This document shows positions 13,366-25,629 of a stretch of DNA of 64,000 nt, in pieces. Below the pieces are notes generated by a model that saw only the letters and a program-made list of their open reading frames with translations, was not told where the DNA came from and did not search any database. Both the position numbers and the translations under genes were made by a program. Origin of the DNA: Malacoraja senta (lineage: Eukaryota); assembly GCA_038087875.1 (NCBI GenBank), contig CM075994.1:5892001-5956000 (forward strand). The letters are read 5' to 3'. Within the stretch, counting starts at the first letter, position 1; every line of letters begins with the position of its first letter.

Positions 13366-15262
13366 CTACCGGCAAGAGAGCCTACAGATGCTAGAACATT
13401 ATGTAAAAAACAAACTACTGAAATAACTCAGCTGGCCTGGAACACCCATTTCTGGAAATGTACAGACGAGGTGTTGGATGAGGACCCATTTGCAGGCCAC
13501 AGGTTATTTATCCACATTGTGACAGTCGTGCCATTCTACTTTGGTTAATTCTGTCTGGTAGAAACAAGACATGCAGTTCCAACTAAACATCCACAGTTCA
13601 GAAGACATAGAAACATTTATTTTTGAATGACCGATAGTATTCTGCATTTATTAGCAAAATTACAAATTTACAAGGAAGTTTTTGTTATATGTCACGCAAT
13701 TGAGGTATCAAATCATAGATCATTGACCGCTTCTTTCGCGAAATTTATTTTGCGTCTTTCAAAACCAATGGAATTATTTTCCTTTTCCGCGGCGGAACAA
13801 CCAACTCTGCCGAACAATAGTGCATTGTTCAAGAAGAAATTGATCAGCTAAGATGAATTGCTATTGTTCAAAGGACATATTGGTCATATGTTTCGTGCCC
13901 TGATATTAAGTGCAAATTATATAACACATCCTATTTTTCATCGTTACTTGCACGGGCCATTGTCCTTGCACAGCTAACATAGCGCAACACATTGGCAGTT
14001 GGGATAGCAAAACGATTTAAAAAAAAACGATAAATGATATGGTCTGTGTTGGAACAAGAAGAAGGAGGTCAGTGCCTTTCAGTGCATAATTCCAGATGAC
14101 AATTCGGCAGTCGGCCTACGAACTCTAATATTTTAGCTGGAAACGTGCAAAGAAAAATCAAGGTAAAGCCCAATAAAGTACGGCAGTTCAGTCTAGGACC
14201 TTCGAATAATGTATCCGTTCCACAGACCAATGTGAAATTAATGGAAACGCACAACTTTAACAATTATTATTTACGACTGGCTGGTCACAGTTTGCGGAAC
14301 GCTGCAACCTAGGGAAGTGACGCGAAAAATATCGTTGAAAATGATTATCTTCGGTGTACCCTTGAAGAAATATTTATTTTTCAAATCCACCCGAGTCGGT
14401 TTTTTCAATAGTTTACATTATTCCCTCCTTACGGAGACGTTGACTTTATTAACTCCTGTTGCAATGAATGAGATACATAAGATAAAGAGTAGTCAACGAT
14501 GAGTTAATGTGTTTATATCAGAATCCGAATGGTAAAAACAAATGGAAAATAACCGTCGAACGTTGTGTTAAAGTGTTCAACATTTCAGAGTCGCTTATTA
14601 TGAAGGAAAAGGAAACTTGGCTAGAAATGTAGTTTTCGATTTTCGGATTCCTCCCATCTTGTAATATCTCCGCTGTTTTCGGCATACAGCATAATGGTCA
14701 CAGTCTGCATATTCACGGGTCTATGTTCTTTCAGATAATCCTTGACCACTCTTTCGATGTAAATGCATCTTGAGGAAATGTGTAAACTGAACATTCACAG
14801 CGTTCCCATCAATGCGAGGGAAATCGTTCGGGATAAAATTCTCATGCTCGTTTTACGTGAATGATCAAATCAATCTCGGCGAGTTGTTTCTGCGCAATTC
14901 ATATAAATGTTAAATATACCGAACATATACAATCAACTTACCGTAATAAGATTGTTGTGCGTGTGATGTGGAGTGTGGGGAAGGAGAAGCACAACAATCT
15001 TATTGCGGTAAGTACAAGGATTGAACATTTGCACTTGGAGCAATCCATTGTGATATTGTTTAGAAACTTATTAAATGAAATTTCACGAAGAAACGAACGT
15101 CAGAAGTCACGTGTAACAGCAGTCCTGCCATCATCCTGTTATAAATTATTCAGAGAATCTAAAACAATAACATATATATATATGTTCTATATATCTATAT
15201 ATAGATCTACATATATATATATATATATCTATCTATATATATTATATTTGTTTGCTTTGTAG

Positions 15263-15280
15263 GGACGCGTAATGTGAAAG
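15263..15280 (+). CDS. Micro-exon (18 nt, phase 1): GTRNVK
   Basis: tttgctttgtag|GGACGCGTAATGTGAAAG|gtacgt. Confidence 0.65.
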
Positions 15281-16355
15281 GTACGTTCTGAAACTGTATA
15301 AACGATAGCTGTGCTGAACTAATCCATCGTAACTAAATGGCACATCTTTTGCCGCCGATTATTTTGTTTGTGAGTGAGTTGATGTTTGGGTTTGTAGTAT
15401 GGGTTTATACCATGCGCAAAACCAGCGAGTTATAACACAGCACGCACTAAATCGAACCAGTCTAAAAAATAAGTGAACATTTATTATCCTGGAAAATAAC
15501 AAAGAGGAACATTCATCATTTCAAAACGGTTACAGCATCTGGCGATTAATTTAAGATCCTGGGCCGAATATAAATGTTGTGCTTTCAATGGCGTGTTGAC
15601 ATGAATAGTTAGCGTGGTCCTATTTATAAATGTAAGTTCAAATACGAAAATATCCATACGACTTGGTATCAAGTAATGTCTGTCAGGAAAGTAGGAATTA
15701 AAAATATTTTTCTGATCCCAATGAACTCCCGTGATGTTTCATATATTGCCATCGATTCACTTTCATGGGTTTCTTTACATTAGATTCACGATTGTGGATG
15801 AATTTCTTGGGAAAATATGCAGATGGTTTCCCTGTTGACGAATGATGCTAAATTTCACCACAATTTCACCTTCAAGTAAGACAATGAATCAATGTCGCTC
15901 AATAGAAAATTCATTACGTGTTAACGATATCGTTTTATATAATTTCCTCTTTATTTTGGTTGCATGAAGAAACTGCATCATAAACAGCAGGAGTACAACA
16001 AGCCTGTGCTTTGCGGCTGTGGTTTTAGCATGTCAATCCCCTTTTTTCCTGAAATGTAAAACGTAAGTGCCTGGGATCTTGCTAAAATGCAATTCCAATT
16101 TTGGTTGTGCGGGAAATCATGCGCAGCAGAATTATGAATATGTGCCTCAACGAATATACGACGAATAAGGTCGTATTGACCATTGGTCCTCTGGTTTTGA
16201 AAATTATTTAGCAATGCCAATGTCAGACATTAAATAATATGACATATTTCCACATTTTCTAACTTAATCCTGAGCCAACTTGCCCAGCTGAACAAGTATT
16301 TTGTATAACAATCTTCATTGTCCACGTTACCACCTACTTAAGTGCCATATTAAAA

Positions 16356-18873
16356 GGTACCCGGACGTGGCGCCGACGGACGAGAAGCCGAAGCAAAGAA
16401 GTGGAAGCCAAATAACCGAATGGAAACGAAGCCGAAACGCCAAATAACCGAATGGAAACGAAGCCGAAACGCCAATTGACCGAAAGGGTGGGACGTCTAA
16501 ATGCATACTAACCGAAAGGGCGGGACGCCTAAAAGCCAACTAACCGAAAGGCTGCGTCGCCTAAAAGCAAACTCACCGAATGGCCGCTCTGCCGAAACGC
16601 CACCTACCCGAAAACCGGCGTCGCCTACAAGCGAACGGACCGAATGCCGCTCAACAGAAAAGTCGAATATCGGGCATGACGTTGCCGGGAGCGGGACATG
16701 TCAGCAATTGGTCCAAACCCCCGCGTCCATCACATCACTGTGGAGGGATGAACTTTGTCCCCTTCTCTCTTTGTCCCATTCTCTCTCTCCCCTTCTCTCT
16801 TTCTCTCCCTCTTCTGTCTTCCCCCTTCTCTCTCTCCTCCGTCTCCACCGGCGGGAGGATGGGGGCCATTTTCCCACACAAGCCATAGGTGACTGGGCAA
16901 TCTGAACCCAAGCACCAAGTTGTAAGCGGCCGAAGGTGCGCATCTTTCGGGACAGCCCCCACTCTCCCACGGCCTCATCTCCCCCGTGCGGCTGCACTGT
17001 GACGGGCTGTATGTCGGGTGGAGTAGATGTATGGGACAGGCTGGTGCCTCCGCACACCCAGAGTCACTGACCGCGATGCACCGCCATCGGACCCCAACCC
17101 ACACACCAGGGCGACCTCCCCGCACCTCCGATCCCCGGATCCTGACACCCACACCGGGTCATTTACCCAACCCCAGCCGCGGGGCCAGGCCGCTCGGGCA
17201 TTGTAAATCGTTTTTAAAACATCGGGGGACACATTCCCTGGAGGGCCGAAGGGAGAGAGAGCGGGGGGGAAGAGAGAAGAGGGGAGAGAAAGAGAAAAGG
17301 GGGGAGAGAGAGAGAAGGGAGTGAGCGGGGGGGAGAGAGAGGAGGGGAGAGAGAAGGTGAGAGAGAAGGGAGAGGCAGGGGAGAGAGAGGGGGGGAGAGA
17401 GAAGATGGGAGAGAAAGAGCGAAGGGGAGAGAGAGAAATGAGAGAGAGGGGGAGAGGGCACGTGCAGAAAGAGGCGGAGAGAGAGAAGGGGGAGAGAGAG
17501 GAGGGAGAGCGAGGGGGAGAGAGGGAGGTGGAGAGAGAGAAGAGGGGTGAGAAAGAGAGAAGGGGAGAGAGAAGGGAGAGAGGGGGGAGAGGAGAGGAGA
17601 GAGGGGAGGAGAGAGAGAAGAGGAGAGAGGAATAGAGAAGGGGAGAGAGACAAGGGAGACAGAGGGGGTGAGAGGGGAGGGAGAGAGAGAGGATGAGAGA
17701 GAGAAGTGGAGAGAGAGAAGGGAGAGAGAGGGTGGAGAGAGAGAGGGAGGAGAGAGCGAAGAGGGGAGAGAAAGGGAGAAGGGGAGAGAGAGGGGGAGAA
17801 GGGTGGAGAGAGAAGAGGAGAGAGAGAAGAGGGAGAGAGAGAAGGGAGAGAGGTGGAGACATAGCGGGAGGAGAGAGAGAAGAGGGGAGAAAAAGAGAAA
17901 TGGGGAGAGAGAGAAGGGAGAGAGAGGGGGAGAGAGAGGAAGTGGAGAGAGAGGAGGAGAGAGAGAAGGGGAGAGAGAGAAGAGGGAGAGAGAGAAGGGA
18001 GAGAGGTGGAGACATAGAGGGAGGAGAGAGAGAAGAGGGGAGAAAAAGAGAAATGGGGAGAGAGAGAAGGGAGAGAGAGGGGGAGAGAGAGGAAGTGGAG
18101 AGGGAGGAGAGAGAGACGGGGGAGAGAGAGAAGGGAGAGTGGGGGGAGAGAGAGGGCCGTGGGAGGGAGAAGGGGGCAGAACGAGAAGGGAGAGAGAGGG
18201 GGAGAGAGATGGCGGGGGGAGGGAGAAGGAGGGAGAGAGAGAAGGGAGAGAGAGAAGGGAGAGAGAGAGGGGGAGAGAGAGAAGAGGGGAGAGAGAAGGG
18301 GAAGACTTGAGCGTTGGGGTCATTTTCCCACACAAGCCATAGGTGACTAGGCAATCTGAACCGAAGCACCAAGATGTAAGCGGCCGAAGGTGCGCATCCC
18401 TCGGGACAGCCCACACTCTCCCACGGACACCCTCCGCGGGCTGTGTGTCGGCTGGAGCGGAGGTGTGGGACAATGTTCATCCCTCCACAGTGATGTAACG
18501 GACGCGGGGGGTCTGGGCCAATCGCTGACAAGTCCCGCCCCCCGGCAACGTCATGTCCGTTATTTGACTTTTCTGTTGAGCGGCATTCGGTCGGTTGGCT
18601 TGTAGGCGACGCCGCATTTCGGTAGGTGGCGTTTCGGCAGAGCGGCCATTCGGTGAGTTTGCTTTTAGGCGACGCAGCCTTTCGGTTAGTTGGCTTTTAG
18701 GCATCCCGTCCGTTCCTTTACTTTGCATTTAGCCGTCCCACCCTTTCCGTTAGTTGGCGTTTCGGCTTCCTTTCCATTCGGTTATTTGGCGTTTCGGGTT
18801 CGTTTCCATTCGGTTATTTGGCTTCCACTTCTTTGCTTCCGCTTCCCGTCCGTCGGGGCCACACCCGCACACG
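16356..18873. mobile_element. Non-autonomous DNA transposon with ~400-bp TIRs and 9-bp TSD (Mutator/MULE- or foldback-like)
   Basis: 16356-~16762 is an imperfect inverted repeat of ~18466-18873; ATATTAAAA at both 16347-16355 and 18874-18882; no transposase seen. Confidence 0.8.
17240..18305. repeat. ~1.06-kb GA-rich polypurine tract with a ~153-bp internal tandem duplication
   Basis: Direct reading; AGGTGGAGACATAG recurs at 17851 and 18004. Confidence 0.9.
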
Positions 18874-19611
18874 ATATTAAAAATGTCTAATGAATGTAAT
18901 GCAAACCGTTGTATCGTAAATATTGTGTGCATCTTGAATTACAGAGCGTGCATTATTATTTTCTATCCTTAGTTTGATATTCATTTGGTCAAAATATGTA
19001 TTCGACTATTGAATTGTTTCACAGTACCTTTTAGTAGCTACAAAAAATTATGAATTCTCTTCGATTTTTTCAAATTTCTCTCTCGGCATTTTTCTATTTT
19101 TATGTCACATGATGCAAATTCTATGAAATTATTCACACGTTTTTCATCGATCAAATATCTAAATGACATTCATTCTTCGATTTTCTGCTCCACCATCTGA
19201 TTTCAGCATATCCATAACGAATTTATTTTGTTAAGTAAACCAGATTATATTTCATGGTGCTGAAATCAATTGGAGGACGTTTCATATGGGTGCATTTCGA
19301 AATAATGTATTTTGTCCCAGAGATCTGCAGGGAATTGACAGTCTTATAATCGATTAATCATAAAACAATTATAATGCAAACAGCCTAATCCTTCAATGTA
19401 AGATACAGGCTATGCAGCGGAACCGTGCTATATCCTTTCCCAGAAGTGTTTCAATATATTTGTCGTCGAAATAAAGATTTTCACTGACTGTTTATTGATT
19501 GTAATTCTTACAAAATCGTACTCATCCAACAGTAAGGAAACTAGTTTTAGACGTTGGCGGAAAGGATTAACTTTTATATTCATGCTTCTCTTGCTTCGTT
19601 CCTTGGAATAG

Positions 19612-19647
19612 AACCTGACCGGCTGAAAAAAGCTCTTGTTGATATTG
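19612..19647 (+). CDS. Micro-exon (36 nt, phase 1): EPDRLKKALVDI
   Basis: Pyrimidine tract plus aatag|...|gtgagg; paralogue of exon 1321-1356. Confidence 0.75.
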
Positions 19648-19831
19648 GTGAGGCACTGATTTCAAACATAGAATCCACTATTCAAAGTGAAATTCCGTCA
19701 AACTTAGCAACGGTTGCCAATATTTATTAAAATGCTATTAATGTTATAATGCATTATTTATGCTTTTCATTTGATGTATGAACAGTTGCTACATTTTAAA
19801 TACATAAATGGATAGTACACGGTGCATGTCA

Positions 19832-21140
19832 GATTGGGGAATTTATTATGGGGAACAAAGAAATGGCAGTTGAGTTGAAAAGGTACTTTGGATCCGTCTT
19901 CTCTAAGATGGACACAAACAATCTTCCTGATATAGTAGTGGCCAGAGGATCTGGAGTGAAGGAACAATTGAAGGAAATCCACATTAGGCAGGATATTATG
20001 TTGGGTAGACTGACGGGACTCAAGGCTGACAAATCCCCAGGGCCCGATGACCTGCATCCCAGAGTACTTAAGGAAGTAGCTCTAGAAATCGTGGATGCAT
20101 TGGTGATAATTTTCCAATATTCTCTAGATTCAGGGTCCGTTCCTGTGGATTGGAGGGTGGCTAATGTTATCCCACTTTTTAAGAAAGCCGGGAGAGAGAA
20201 AACAGGGAATTATAGGTCAGTTAGCCTGACATCGGTGGTGGGGAAGATGCTGGAGTCAATTATAAAAGATGAGATAGCCGAACATTCGGATAGCAGTAGC
20301 AGGATCGGGCCGAGTCAGCATGGATTTACGAAGGAGAAATCATGCTTGACTAATCTTCTGGACTTTTATGAAGATGTAACTAGGAAAATGGACAAGGGAG
20401 AGCCAGTGGATGTAGTGTACCTGGACTTTCAGAAAGCATTTGATAAGGGCACACATAGGAGATTAGTGGGCAAAATTAGGGCACATGATATTGGGGGTAG
20501 AGTGCTGACATGGATAGAAAATTGGTTGCAGACAGGAAACAAAGAGGTGGGAGTAACATGTCCATTTCAGAACGGCAGGCAGTGACTAGTGGGGTACAGC
20601 AAGGCTCGGTGCTGGGACCGCTGCTATTTACAATATACATCAATGATTTGGATGAAGGGATTCAAAGTCACATTAGCAAATTTGCAGTTGGCTCAAAGCT
20701 GGGTGGCAGTGTGAACTGTGAGGAGGATGCTATGAGAATGCAGGGTGATTTGGAGAGGTTTGGGGGGTGGGCAGTTGTATGGCAGATGGAGTTTAATGTA
20801 GATAAATATGAGGTTATCCACTGATATAAAAACAGGAAGGCGGATTACTATCTAAATTCCGTCAAGATGGGAAAAGGTGAAGTATAACGGGTTCTGGGGG
20901 GGGGGGTCCAGAACCACGGGCCACAGTTTAAAAATAAGGGGTAAGCCATTTAAAACGGAGACGAGAAAACACGTTTTCTTTAAAGAGTGAGCTAGATAGG
21001 GCTCTTAAAGATAGCGGAGTCGGGGGATATGGGGAGAAGGCAGGAACGGGACACTGATTGAGCCATGATCACATTGAATGGCGGTGCTGGCTCGAAGGGC
21101 CGAATGACCTACTCCTGTACCTATTGTCTATTGTCTATTG
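19832..21140 (+). mobile_element. CR1 LINE fragment (RT, disrupted, internal deletions)
   Basis: Same family as 11218-13365; (ATTGTCT)n tail. Confidence 0.93.
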
Positions 21141-21636
21141 TTTCCATCTTATAACGAATTCATGCAGAATATGGCGCGTACCATGCTTCGTCGACCTAAT
21201 GCTGCAGCACCGCCACCGCGTCAAAAATTTTAATGAGTTTGTAAAGACCATGAAATGAACCAATGTTTTGCAACTGATCTTCTTCGTTGTCTCACCCGCG
21301 AGGTATAACTAAATCCAGTCCAGAACCATGCAGAAAATTAGGCTTCCACGGTGGATGGATGCTCTGGAAAGTCAATGATTAAAGGGAAAATTGAGCAGCA
21401 TCCGTCAGTGTAGATGTGTCGTTTTGCCCGCGATGACCACCATTATGATGGTCAGAAGGACATTGCTGTTACGTTTCCTACTGCGCAGCCTAATTTTGAG
21501 GCAACACATTACTGATAGAATTACTGAGACTTCTTTCTTGAAAAGTCAAGTTGCAGCCTTTGCATTATTCTTATTCTTTGTTTCTTCTTCTTTTATTCTT
21601 TCACGTGACTGAACCTGTGGGCTAAGTGCGGATACA

Positions 21637-21800
21637 GGGGCGGCACAGTACCTGTAGAGCAGCGGCTTCACATCGTCAGGGGTGCGGGTTACAAGTGCTG
21701 TTTGTACGGACTTTGCACGTTCTCCCTGTGACTGGGTGGGTTTCTTCTGGGTGTTCCAGTTTCTTCCCACATTCCAGAGACGTGAATGCGTTGACAGTTG
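21637..21800 (+). mobile_element. tRNA-derived V-SINE (HE1-like), degraded
   Basis: GGGGCGGCAC head and TTTGCACGTTCTCCC...GGGTTTC...CCCACA core. Confidence 0.7.
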
Positions 21801-21840
21801 TGGGATGCTTACGTGATTGTATCCACCTTTGGTTTTATGG

Positions 21841-21985
21841 TGAAGATAGACACAAAAAGCTGGAGTAACTCTGCGGAACAGGCAGCATCTCTGGGGGAGA
21901 GGAATGGATGATGTTTCGGGTGAATTACTCAAGCTTTTTGTGCCTATCTTCGGTTAAACCAGCATCTGCAATTCCTTCCTTCACA
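21841..21985. mobile_element. Penelope-like terminal fragment
   Basis: GACACAAAAAGCTGGAGTAACTC...CAGCATCTCTG is shared with the Penelope fragment at 48.4-48.8 kb. Confidence 0.6.
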
Positions 21986-22232
21986 TTCGGTTTCATGGTC
22001 GTATTTTTCTGGCTAACTTTTTCTCTCGAAGTAGCATTTTCTTTCATGAGACAATTTATGTGCCGGAATATAAAATGAGCCTTACAATCGTTAATTAATT
22101 GATAAATAATCGAAAGTCATCTCTGCTTGATGTAGCTTCCATTTTAAACTGGAATTTTGCACCGTTCTTCGGCAACAGGATATGAGATCTTGAAATGTGT
22201 TTGCTATATCAGAGCAGATCCCGGTAGATTCA

Positions 22233-24348
22233 TACTAAAGACTCATATAATAAAATATCTTTATACGCGGATGATATATTATTGTATATTACAAAACCTC
22301 AAATCACTATACCAAATATATTAAATTTAATTGAAGACTTCGGATCTTTTTCTGGATATAGAATAAATTGGAATAAAAGTGAAATTATGTCAATAAAACC
22401 GAAAGATTCAACACATCTTTTAAAATTCCCTTTTAAAATAGCTACAGAAAAATTTAAATATTTGGGAATCGAAATTACCAGAGCATATCAAGGTATGCTC
22501 AGGGCAAATTTTGACCCCCTACTTAATAAACTGAATACATTAATTAAATTCTGGAAAACGCTTCCGATGTCTTTAATAGGCCGAATAAACGCAATAAAAA
22601 TGATCTTTTTACCACAAATTTTATACCTATTTCAATCAATTCCTATATACTTACCTAAGAAGTTTTTTAAAAAACTCGACTCAGATATCACTAATTTTAT
22701 ATGGGACTATAAATCACATAGAATACAAAAAACCCATCTGAATAAATCTAAAGTATTGGGGGGTCTAGCACTACCCAATTTTATGTATTATTATTGGTCA
22801 GTAAATATTAAAAACATGATTCAACTGATGGATAACTCCGCCCAGCAAGCAGACTGGATTGTAATGGAGAAAGAGGATTGCTCCTCTAGAAACATTGGAG
22901 CGATCCTCCTCTCTCCAATGAAATTGAATAACATAAACTATAATAAGAACCCAATTATTCATAGTACAATCCGTATTTGGAAACAAATAAAACAAAATTT
23001 AAAATTAAGAAACTTATCACTTTTATTACCTATAGTCAATAACCCTTCGTTTAGTCCTTCTATTATAGATAAAGCTTATACACAATGGGATAGACTAGGA
23101 ATTAAAACGCTTGGTGACTTGTATGAAACTGGAAAATTACTTTCATTTCAACAATTACAAATAAAATATAAACTCGGAAATAATCAATATTTTAAATACT
23201 TTCAAATATGCGACTATTTGAAAAAATATATAAAAGATCATCATAATAACCCAGCAGATGTACTGGACGAGGCAATGCAGACAAAAGCGGAATCAGCAAA
23301 CTTAATATCATATTTGTACAATATTATCTTAAATGTACAAATACCATCTACGGAGGGTATCAGAAGAGACTGGGAACAAGAGTTAGCTATTAAAATTTCA
23401 AAGGAAAGTTGGAATGAATACTTATTAAAAGTACATAAATGCTCGATTAATGTAAGACACACTTTAATACAATTTAAAATTTTACATAGATTATATTATT
23501 CGAAAACTAAAATTCATAAAATTTTCCCAAACGTATCATCTATTTGTGATAAATGTCAATCCCAAGAAGCAACTATAGCGCACTCATTTGTCTTCTGTAC
23601 AAAAATTCAAAAATTTTGGAATGAAATTTTTGAAATCTTTACAAAGTTATTTAAAACAAGACTGATACCCAAAGCAGAATGGATTATCTTCGGAATAACG
23701 GAAGATGATCCAGAACTAAATGTGTTTCAAAAGAAATTAATGGATTATGGGTTAATAACTGGAAAAAAGCTAATTCTAAAATTTTGGAAGAAGGCTCCAA
23801 TACCAACTATAAATATGTGGATTTCAAATATGTTTGAAACACTACACCTTGAAGAGATAAGACTCCTCCTAGCAGGTAAACCAGATCACTTCCACCTGAC
23901 GTGGTCTGCATTTATAGAATTATTACAAACATAGGGTGCAAAAGTACTTTAAAAAAATAAAAAATTGAGGTCGGGTAAGGGGGGATGATAGTTGAAGAGT
24001 TGGTATGTCCTATTTACGTGATGCTCAAAAAAAAAACATTTGTTTTTCTTTTTTTCTCTCTCTCTTTTCTTTTCTTAAGGCCTATTTCTTAACTCTTTTT
24101 CTTTTTGTTTTTAATTTCGCTCTCATAGGGTCCTCGTCCTTTTTTTTTGTTGTTACATTTTCTACACTTTTCTACACTTGCACTTTTTCCTTCACTTTCT
24201 TCTCTCTTTCAATCTTTTCTTTCTTTAGTGTAAAAAAAAATAAAGGGAGTACATTAATTGTAAGAAGATATAAATGACGAGTATTAATGTATGTGGCTGT
24301 GATGTAATGTACTTCTAATAAATAAAAATTAAAAAAAAAAAAAAAAAA
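22233..24348 (+). mobile_element. 5'-truncated L1-clade LINE with poly(A), apparently young
   Basis: Begins in the RT domain (SLYADD at ~22258); uninterrupted ORF to 23934; AATAAA and A18 tail; flanked by a 138-bp direct repeat. Confidence 0.95.
22282..23934 (+). CDS. L1 ORF2 C-terminal part (RT end, GGLALPN motif, CCHC zinc knuckle)
   Basis: SGYRINWNKSE, FKYLGI, GGLALPNF, CDKC-x8-H-x4-C. Confidence 0.92.
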   Translation: MYITKPQITIPNILNLIEDFGSFSGYRINWNKSEIMSIKPKDSTHLLKFPFKIATEKFKYLGIEITRAYQGMLRANFDPLLNKLNTLIKFWKTLPMSLIGRINAIKMIFLPQILYLFQSIPIYLPKKFFKKLDSDITNFIWDYKSHRIQKTHLNKSKVLGGLALPNFMYYYWSVNIKNMIQLMDNSAQQADWIVMEKEDCSSRNIGAILLSPMKLNNINYNKNPIIHSTIRIWKQIKQNLKLRNLSLLLPIVNNPSFSPSIIDKAYTQWDRLGIKTLGDLYETGKLLSFQQLQIKYKLGNNQYFKYFQICDYLKKYIKDHHNNPADVLDEAMQTKAESANLISYLYNIILNVQIPSTEGIRRDWEQELAIKISKESWNEYLLKVHKCSINVRHTLIQFKILHRLYYSKTKIHKIFPNVSSICDKCQSQEATIAHSFVFCTKIQKFWNEIFEIFTKLFKTRLIPKAEWIIFGITEDDPELNVFQKKLMDYGLITGKKLILKFWKKAPIPTINMWISNMFETLHLEEIRLLLAGKPDHFHLTWSAFIELLQT

Positions 24349-24629
24349 TTAATTGATAAATAATCGAAAGTCATCTCTGCTTGATGTAGCTTCCATTTTA
24401 AACTGGAATTTTGCACCGTTCTTCGGCAACAGGATATGAGATCTTGAAATGTGTTTGCTATATCAGAGCAGATCCCGGTAGATTCAGCTTCGTTAAGATC
24501 TTTGCGAATTGAATATGTGTGGCAACATATTTGTTTATTAGTGTCAATTAAATGCTGTGTTTGGAGAGATATTGCCTTTAGTGAGGCACCGTCAATGTAA
24601 GTTAATCCTTAACAAACACAAGATTGTGC

Positions 24630-24870
24630 TAATAGTGTGGAGTTTGCACCTTCTTCCTGTGACTGGGTGGGTATCTTCGGGGTGTTACAGTTCCCTCTCA
24701 CTTTCCAGAGACGTGAAGGTTTGTATGTTAATTGGCTTTGTAAAATTGCTCCTAGTGTGTGGGATGCGAAAGTGGGATAACATAGATCTATTGTAGGGTA
24801 ATCGTTGATCGGCACGAACATTGATGGAGCGAAGTGCCTGTTGCCAACTTTTATCTCTAAACACTAAATT
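24630..24870 (+). mobile_element. V-SINE (HE1-like) fragment
   Basis: GTGTGGAGTTTGCAC...GTGACTG core with a CR1-like 3' end. Confidence 0.65.
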
Positions 24871-25480
24871 CCACCGAATGTCCATCAGGAAAAGAAAATG
24901 TATTCACATCTGTGGGATGTTAACATTATCGTATCTACTTTTCGTTTTATGGTCATGTTTTTCCTCTATCTAACGGTGCTTTGCGATTTGTATACTGACT
25001 CGACAGCACGCGACTGGATAGCACTCAACAAAAACCTTTTCACTGTAACTGGGTTCACGTGACAATAAACTAAATGAACTGAACTAAATCAGTTTTAGAC
25101 GTGAAACGAATGTGGCAAACAATAGCACATGAAACAAGAGAAAAATGGTAAACTGTGTTTTTTTTAATGACGTATTAATTACAAGATGTGTCATTGTGTC
25201 CCGCTGCTCTGATGTGTCATTAATGTCTCAGTGGGCTGATTACCAGCCTTGTCACAGCCTTGGAAAAGAGGAGAGAGAAAATACACCAGTCTTAAATTTG
25301 TTAACGAAATATATATTCCAAATACTGCCAATAAAATAAGATCGCCTCTAACAACGGACATCGTTCTAGAATACGAAACGGCTGTATTAACGCAGAGAAA
25401 TCTATCATTAATATTGATTTTACATTTCGAAATTCTTTCGCCATTTGATAATAATTATGTTTTCCCTCTGCCCGTTAAAG

Positions 25481-25504
25481 ACGTGCTAGTAGAAACAAAT
25501 GCAG
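25481..25504 (+). CDS. Micro-exon (24 nt, phase 1): DVLVETNA
   Basis: tttccctctgcccgttaaag|...AATGCAG|gtaaag; same length and 3' end as exon 3416-3439. Confidence 0.6.
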
Positions 25505-25629
25505 GTAAAGGAAGATAAAGCACTACTTTTCATTGGTGCGAATATAATTGATATACAAGAAACATAATTTCATGGGTCACACTTCATTGTGATACTCCAC
25601 TTCAAGCGTCGGAGAGTTTTTAGTTGCCA

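Noticed and set aside
16385..16640. CRISPR-like recurrence of ~32-bp ACCGAA-containing units
   Set aside because: Head-to-tail TIR sub-repeats with no unique spacers or cas genes, in a vertebrate context.
16975..18531. 518-aa, 419-aa and related Ser/Leu/Pro- or Glu/Arg-rich ORFs (and copies at 62.9-63.9 kb)
   Set aside because: Stop-free translations of a GA polypurine tract inside a non-autonomous transposon.
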